NCBI GenBank assembly: GCA_043812495.1
Contig: JBDRMG010000006.1
Span: 1 to 46,092, forward strand
Length of the DNA: 46,092 bases
Direction of reading: 5' to 3'
Origin: Candidatus Omnitrophota bacterium
GTDB lineage: Bacteria; Omnitrophota; Gorgyraeia; Zapsychrales; JBDRMG01
Part shown: positions 36,735-43,211 of the stretch, piece by piece
Layout: each line of letters begins with the position of its first letter
How positions within the stretch are numbered: the first letter of the stretch is position 1
Made by a program: the position numbers and the translations under genes
Notes under the pieces: model-generated
What the model saw: only the letters and a program-made list of their open reading frames with translations
Databases searched by the model: none
Told to the model about the DNA's origin: nothing

Positions 36735-36910
36735 AATTTGTTTTACATCGCAGGGTATTTACCCCGCCAAAAAACGGCGGGGTTAATGGTTCGACGTTGC
36801 TCACCATCCTGAGCAAGGCCGCCATAAGGGCGGCCGCGTCGAAGGATTCCGGCAGTAATTTATGTTCTCCCGACGTTCCGTCCGGATCCATAAATTGCGC
36901 CGTCATTAAA
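36726..36910 (+). repeat. Modular palindromic intergenic element, divergent copy K with nested insertion (about 36788-36846)
   Basis: TTGAAATA..ACCCCGCCAAAAAACGGCGGGGTTAAT-[GGTTCGAC..GCTCACCATCCTGAGC..GTCGAAGGA]-TTCCGGCAGTAATTTATG..CATAAATTGCGCCGTCATTAAA-ATG. Confidence 0.75.
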
Positions 36911-38155
36911 ATGGCTGAAAAAGTTCTCGTCGTTACAATTGATTTTGGCAAAAGAAACGAATGGCCGTCTGTGGATATCGCCGATGAGCTCAAAGAGCTT
37001 GTGCTTTCTTGTGGCGGTGATGTCATCAATTCCGTTATCCATAAGTGCAGTAAACCCACTGCCGCCTTCCTGATCCATGAAGGCAAAGTGCGCGAGATTG
37101 CGGATTTATGCGCTCAACATGAGATTGACACCGTGATTTTTAGTCATGATCTCAAGGGAAGCCAACAGAGAAATATCGAGAAAATTCTTGGCGTCAAGAC
37201 TATTGACCGCACACAGCTGATTCTCGATATCTTTGCCCGTCGCGCCAAAAGCCAGGAGGGACGCATGCAGGTCGAATTGGCTCAGTTGGAATATCTGCGG
37301 CCGCGCTTGGTCGGCCATGGCATTGAACTTTCACGACTCGGTGGCGGCATCGGCACCCTGGGCCCCGGAGAGACGAAATTGGAAGTTGACCGGCGTCGGA
37401 TCGACAGCCGCATCGACAGATTAAGAAAAGACCTCAAAGAGATCGTTCAAAGCCGCGCAACAAAACGCAAGAAAAGAAAACAGGAACAAATACCCACGGT
37501 GACATTAGTCGGTTATACGAACGCGGGAAAATCAACACTCCTCAATACCCTTACGGAATCCCAACAGATAACGCACGACGGTCTTTTTACGACGCTGGAT
37601 CCTCTGACACGGCAATTGATGATGCCGAATCATCAGAAGCTCGTTCTCTCGGACACGGTCGGATTTATGTATGAGCTGCCGCATCATTTAATTGAATCGT
37701 TTAAGGCCACCTTGGAAGAAGTGATGGATGCTGATTTATTGCTCCATGTGCTTGATATCAGCAATCCGAAATTCAGGAATTTGCAGGAAGCTGTTATGAA
37801 GGTTTTGCACGAATTAGGCGCGCAGGATAAGCCGATCGTTACCGTTTTGAACAAAATTGACCGGTTGGATGATCTCTCCTGGCTTGACGGTATCATGAGA
37901 AATTTTGATCACGCTGTTTATATCTCAGCCCTCAAGGGCGAGCGCATCGATATCCTCCTTGAGAAAATCAATCAAATCCTTGTTCCCACCACAACCCAAA
38001 TTGACGTGCGTATCCCTTTAAATCGCATGGACCTTGTCCACCTCGTCCACAATGAGGGTGACGTCAAAACTATTGAATATCTCGCCGATGCCGTTCATGT
38101 CATCGCCGTTGTTCCTTTCAAGATCGCCAATAAGGTCGAAGCTCGCAATAAATAG
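36911..38155 (+). CDS. hflX: Ribosome-splitting GTPase HflX
   Basis: DRTQLILDIFA, QVELAQL, GPGETKLE, GYTNAGKST, DTVGF, NKID. Confidence 0.97.
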   Translation: MAEKVLVVTIDFGKRNEWPSVDIADELKELVLSCGGDVINSVIHKCSKPTAAFLIHEGKVREIADLCAQHEIDTVIFSHDLKGSQQRNIEKILGVKTIDRTQLILDIFARRAKSQEGRMQVELAQLEYLRPRLVGHGIELSRLGGGIGTLGPGETKLEVDRRRIDSRIDRLRKDLKEIVQSRATKRKKRKQEQIPTVTLVGYTNAGKSTLLNTLTESQQITHDGLFTTLDPLTRQLMMPNHQKLVLSDTVGFMYELPHHLIESFKATLEEVMDADLLLHVLDISNPKFRNLQEAVMKVLHELGAQDKPIVTVLNKIDRLDDLSWLDGIMRNFDHAVYISALKGERIDILLEKINQILVPTTTQIDVRIPLNRMDLVHLVHNEGDVKTIEYLADAVHVIAVVPFKIANKVEARNK

Positions 38156-38222
38156 TATTAAAATGAATATTCATACTCAGCGAAAGCGCTTTCCTGAATA
38201 TCAACATTTTTTAATTTGTCCC

Positions 38223-38257
38223 TTGAAAATTGCAAAATAGTATTCCATACTTATAAA
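38223..38257 (+). promoter_or_regulatory. Candidate promoter for the riboswitch leader
   Basis: TTGAAA-17-CATACT or TTGCAA-16-TATAAA. Confidence 0.4.
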
Positions 38258-38283
38258 GGTTGTAAAACAAGAAAACGTTTTGA

Positions 38284-38456
38284 ACGATAAAGGCAAACCC
38301 ATCGCAAGGTGGGGACCCCGCCTACGCTAAAGTGCTTTTGCCTTTAGCTTCGGCGGGCTCTGCGAAGCTCAAACATGAAAATTTTTGAGCGAAGCAGAGG
38401 CAAAGCTAAAGGACCCAATAGGTTATAAGAGATTTAGGGCAGCCTGGCCACCGAAG
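38284..38456 (+). ncRNA. c-di-GMP-I (GEMM) riboswitch aptamer interrupted by an 83-nt two-hairpin insertion (38317-38399)
   Basis: AAGGCAAACCCATC-GCAA-GGTGGGGAC ^ GCAAAGCTAAAGGACCC..GGGCAGCCTGGCCACCGAAG; removing 38317-38399 restores the canonical GGGACGCAAAGC junction. Confidence 0.8.
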
Positions 38457-38491
38457 CGGAACGATTTTTTATTAATTGTTTTGATGTGTCA

Positions 38492-38529
38492 GGCCTATTT
38501 CTTTATTAAGGAATAGGCCGCATTGTTTA
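38492..38529 (+). terminator. Possible expression-platform terminator
   Basis: GGCCTATTTCTT/AAGGAATAGGCC stem with a weak U tract. Confidence 0.45.
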
Positions 38530-38668
38530 TTGAAATATTATATTTGAATTTGCTTTGTCCCCGCCCGCTAATCTTGTGTAACCATTTTGATGGGCGGGGT
38601 TAATTCGGTCATGCACTTATGTTTAGCCGACAACGATCGGCATCCATAAGTGCAGACCTCATTTAAAG
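38530..38668 (+). repeat. Modular palindromic intergenic element, copy E
   Basis: TTGAAATATTATATTTGAATTTGCTTTGT-CCCCGCCC..GGGCGGGG-TTAATTCGGTCATGCACTTATG-[GCCGACAACGATCGGC]-CATAAGTGCAGACCTCATTTAAAG. Confidence 0.9.
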
Positions 38669-38693
38669 GGGGCGTCGACTAAAAAAGGAAACT

Positions 38694-38907
38694 CCGCGCT
38701 CCGCCCGCCACTGAACCAATGGCGGGCGGGCGCGGGAAAAAAGGGTAAACAATAAAATTTTAACCTCACCAGTCCCGACGATCCAACATAGTTGGATGTC
38801 GGGATCCCGACCGAATTTGACAATGGATATTAAAGCGTCGGGACCACGGTAAGGATTTATGCGTCACCCGCCCCGCTCTTTTGCCAAGCCCGACGAAAGG
38901 GCGGGGC
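38694..38907. repeat. Cluster of nested REP-like hairpins
   Basis: CCGCGC-CCGCCCGCCACTGAACCAATGGCGGGCGG-GCGCGG; tandem TCCCGAC..GTCGGGA x2 (38773-38843); GCCCCGC..GCGGGGC. Confidence 0.75.
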
Positions 38908-39002
38908 CAGCCACGGAGACAAGGAATAAAAATGAAAAATAAAATAATCTTTCTCTTACTTTTAATGATTTTAAATAATAATTTTTAAATAGGAGGTCGA
39001 AA

Positions 39003-42000
39003 ATGAAAATGTCAAATAATTACTTAAACGTGATTAAGATTTCTATTTTACTATTTGGTTTTCTAGGGCTTGCTCTAACCCCTGCCGCTGCGATTTATAA
39101 AGGAGAGAGAGAAGAAGCTTCAGTAATAGAAAAGGGGAAACTTTTGTCTGACAATATGGCAACAGATGTTTATGGGGATAATGAGTGTGCGGATCATCCT
39201 AATAATATAATGTGTCAGGTAATCAACCTCATCCAATCAGAATCTGAACCCAGCAAAGCAATAAAATATGTTCCAGATGAAATTATTATAAAGTTTTCAA
39301 AAGATATAAATATAACTGAGAATCCCCAAGCGTTTGATTACCTTAAGGTTATCGCGCCAAGCAAATCCACAAAAGATTCGGCTATAGCCAAACTCTTCCT
39401 CCTTAAACATAACAGATCAGGTAAATCGCATCATATCTTCCACTCAATATAAATCAAATAGGAATAGCGCTAAGTTTGGCTTAAATAGAATATTTAAAAT
39501 AAAAATGGAGGGAGGAAAAATAGGTATTAAAAAATTAGCGGGTGAATTAGAAAGAAATCCTGATATCGAATATGCTGAGCCTAATTATATATACAGGATA
39601 AACTCTATCCCTAATGATCCTTTTTATCATTCTTCTGATTCATGGGGTCAGGGATATGATGACCTCTGGGGTTTAAAAAGAATCAACACCGAGCAAGCCT
39701 GGGATACGACAAAGGGAGAAGGCGTTATTGTCGCCGTTATCGATACAGGCATTGACTACGCACAGGAAGACCTATCACAAAATATATGGATTAATTCTGG
39801 TGAAGATATTAATCATAATGGCATTGCCGATGCTTCAGATTTTAATAATATTGATGATGATGAAAATGGTTTTGTAGATGATATCAGGGGTTATGATTTT
39901 GTATCATTTGATTCAGGCGGCAGAGATAATGATCCTCTTGATGATCATGGTCACGGGACACATTGTTCTGGGATTATTGCAGCCGTTGAGAACAATTCAA
40001 TCGGAATCGTAGGAGTCGCTCCCAGAGCAAAGGTCATGGCTGTAAAAGCGCTTAATGAAGAAGGCGCCGGTATAATTTCTGATTTAGCGGATGCTATTTA
40101 TTATGCAACGAATAACGGTGCTCATGTATTAAGTAACTCCTGGGGAGGTCCTTTTAAGAGTCGTTTAATCAATGAAGTCTTTGGATATGCATATGCAAAT
40201 GGTGCCGTAATTGTTGCTGCGGCCGGAAATGATAACTCTGATGTCAGCGGCTTTAGTCCCGCAAATATACCCTATATAATAACCGTCGCCTCTTTTGCCA
40301 GTGATGATACAAGATCAACTTTTTCAAATTGGGGTGATTTGATTGACGTAACGGCTCCGGGAGGAAGCAGTGGAAGCATGGGGGGTACTCCAAGCGGAGA
40401 ACATTTTTATGTTGATATACTTTCTCTGAGAGCAGCTGGCACAGACATGTATCTTGGTGCACCGAATTATACTCCAGGTGAGTTTATCATAGCGGACAAC
40501 TATTATCGAGCCCGTGGAACCTCTATGGCCTGTCCGCATGTTTCGGGTATTGCTGCCTTATTGCTTTCATATTATTCTGAACTCACCAATTTTCTTATTG
40601 ATTACATCATCCACCAATCGGCTGAGGACGTACTGGAACCGGGAAAGGATATTTATTCCGGTTATGGTCTAATCGATGCTGCAGCTGCTCTATCGGCATC
40701 AGCAGATATTATAAGCGAAAATCTGGCAGAATTATTAGTTATGAATGTTTCTGTTACCAGTAGGCCGGAGGATACAATATATATCAATGCGGATATTATT
40801 AATGCTGGTCTTTCTACGGCAAGCAATGTTACATATAAAATATTTGCCAATGAAGAAAGCAATCAAATACTTTTATTAGAAGATACTTTACCCAGTCTTT
40901 CTCCTAAAGAAAGTTTTGAGATCGATGTAATTCTTTCATTAGCAGGTTTACAACCTGAATCTATATCAATTTATGTTGACCCTGATAGAAATATTGACGA
41001 ATATTTTGAAACGAATAATAGCTTTGATGTTGACGTTAGCATAGGTTGGCCACAAGATACAGGAGGGAGTTTGGTTACCTCTTCTGCCGCTGTTGTAGAT
41101 TTAAATAATGACGGCTTTTTGGAAGTTATTGTCGGTACTTTTGGTGGCCAGGTTTTTGTATGGGATGCATTTGGTAGAATTCTCTATGGCTGGCCGCAGA
41201 CAGTATCTGGTTCGATACATTCCTCACCGAATGTTGTTGATTTAGATAATGACGGTGATTTTGAAATTATACTCGGAGCCCTTTCTCTTGGTGAAAACCT
41301 TTATGCATGGAATGATGATGGGACAATCGTTTCCGGTTGGCCGCAATCTTTAGACGATTTTGTTTTTGCCTCTCCCGCCACTGCTGATTTGGATAATGAT
41401 GGGATGATGGAAATTGTTGTTTCTGATCTCATGGGAAAGGTTTATGTTTTTCATCACGATGGAAGCATTATGAATGGATGGCCGCAAGATACTGAAAATA
41501 ATGGTTTTGTTTGGTCTTCGCCTGCTATCGGGGACTTAAATAATGACGGGACACTTGAAATTATTCTGGGAGGTCAAGACGGAAGAGTTTATGTTTGGAA
41601 TCCAGATGGTACCTTATTTAATGGTTGGCCCAAAGATACCGGTGGAGAGATACGATCGGCAGTTGCTATTGCTGATTTAGACCATGACGGAACAAGCGAA
41701 GTCATTGTCGGGACCCTCAATAACCACGGCCTATATGTTTTTCATGCAGATGGTAGCATTTTTGAAGGGTGGCCTAATGGCGATATTTGCGCTATAGGAG
41801 TCGCCTCCCCATCGGTTGCTGATATGGATTTCGATGGAATTCCCGAAATAGTTGCAGGGTGCAGTGATGGTAAAGTATATGCATGGTATCCTGGAGGAGA
41901 AAAAGTTCTTGGATGGCCCAAAACAACTTGTGATGACATATCCCCAGCTATATCCCCATCAATATTTCTTCCCCCGCTTTCGCAGATTTAGATGACGATG

Positions 42001-43211
42001 GTAATCTGGAAGTAATAATTGGAGCTCATGATAATAAAGTATATGCCTGGGATAGGCACGGAAATTTACTTGATGGCTGGCCACAAGAAACACTGAGTCT
42101 TGTTGATGCATCCCCAGCCGTTGCAGATATAAACGGAGACGGAACCTTGGAAATAGTTGCAGGTTCTTGGGATGGAGATATGTATGCTTGGCCCATGTCC
42201 GAAACAACAAATTATCCTATACCTTGGCCTCAGCATCATCACGATACTTACAATTCAGGTTTATACGAAGACACTACTGACTATGAAGTTTCCTGTATAC
42301 CAGGTCAACTTATAGGTGATGCCGATAATGATGGTCAGGTCACAACAACAGATTCTTATCTGGTTCAAGAAATTATAGCCTATATCATATTAGAACCACC
42401 CGATACGTGCTGTATTGATGTTAATCAAGATGGGACAGTTTCGATAGCCGATGCTGTTATTATACAAAATATGGCAAATGGATCTGTGCCTCTTATGGGA
42501 AGTTGTCATATGTGCACTAGCGAAATAGAGCATGGAGAATGCCTGGATTTTGACTATTGCGATGCAGGTGATTTTATAGGGAACAGATGCGTTGCCTGTG
42601 GTTGTCCTGAACCAAAAATATGTGAGACGAGTTTTCCGTACTCTACTTTTGGAATATGTATGGAATGTGGCGATGCTAATGCAGACGGCGTCATTGATCA
42701 GAATGACGTAGACTATATTGTGGAAATTATTTCAAACATTTCTCCTATTATATTCTTTCAATATACTGATGTGAATGGAGATGAAGTAATTAACATCCTT
42801 GATGCCACAGCTATAGGTGCTTATTTAAACCATGGAATTCCTTTAAATTGTTTATTAAATATTTGCGGCGATGCCGATGGAAGCGACGTAGTTGACTTGG
42901 ATGATGTAGTTTATTTAATTGCCTACATCTTTACTGGTGGGCCGGCACCTGAGCCGTTAGAAACCGGGGACGCCGATGGATTAAACAGTATCGATTTGGA
43001 TGATGTTGTTTACCTTATTGCTTACATCTTTACCGGTGGGCCGGAGCCGGTGTGCGGGGATAGCGGTTCAGCGATGAATAAATCAGGAGATCTGACAGGT
43101 GGGATGACGCTAGAAGAGTTTCTAAGAGAGCATCCGATTCTTGAAAATTATATAGAAATACCCCAAAAGACAATGTCCGCTAATATAAAAACACAGGAAA
43201 TAATAAAATGA
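39003..43211 (+). CDS. Large secreted S8 subtilase: signal, propeptide, catalytic domain, CARDB-like, FG-GAP/VCBS repeats, Cys-rich linker, three dockerin-like domains; two apparent frameshifts (about 39410-39420 and 41965-41967)
   Basis: Triad VIDTG / HGTHCSG / GTSMACP; the ORF2 frame reads upstream as ..FGLNRIFKIK; after 41967 the next frame continues SSPAFADLDDDGNLEVIIG into ORF 42147-43211. Confidence 0.85.
42864..43015 (+). repeat. Dockerin-coding segment duplicated at 45941-46092
   Basis: 152 nt with 2 mismatches (42870 G vs 45947 A; 42886 A vs 45963 G). Confidence 0.92.

Noticed and set aside
1..38668. CRISPR array interpretation of the repeats
   Set aside because: Copies are kilobases apart, in both orientations and variable in length, with no repeat-spacer periodicity and no cas genes in the window.
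1..38668. Integron attC cassette array
   Set aside because: No RYYYAAC..GTTRRRY bracketing, mixed orientations, flanking genes are core housekeeping operons, and there is no integrase.
39003..39452. Three separate genes at 39003, 39505 and 42147
   Set aside because: Adjacent frames continue the same domain across each break, so one frameshifted gene is more parsimonious.
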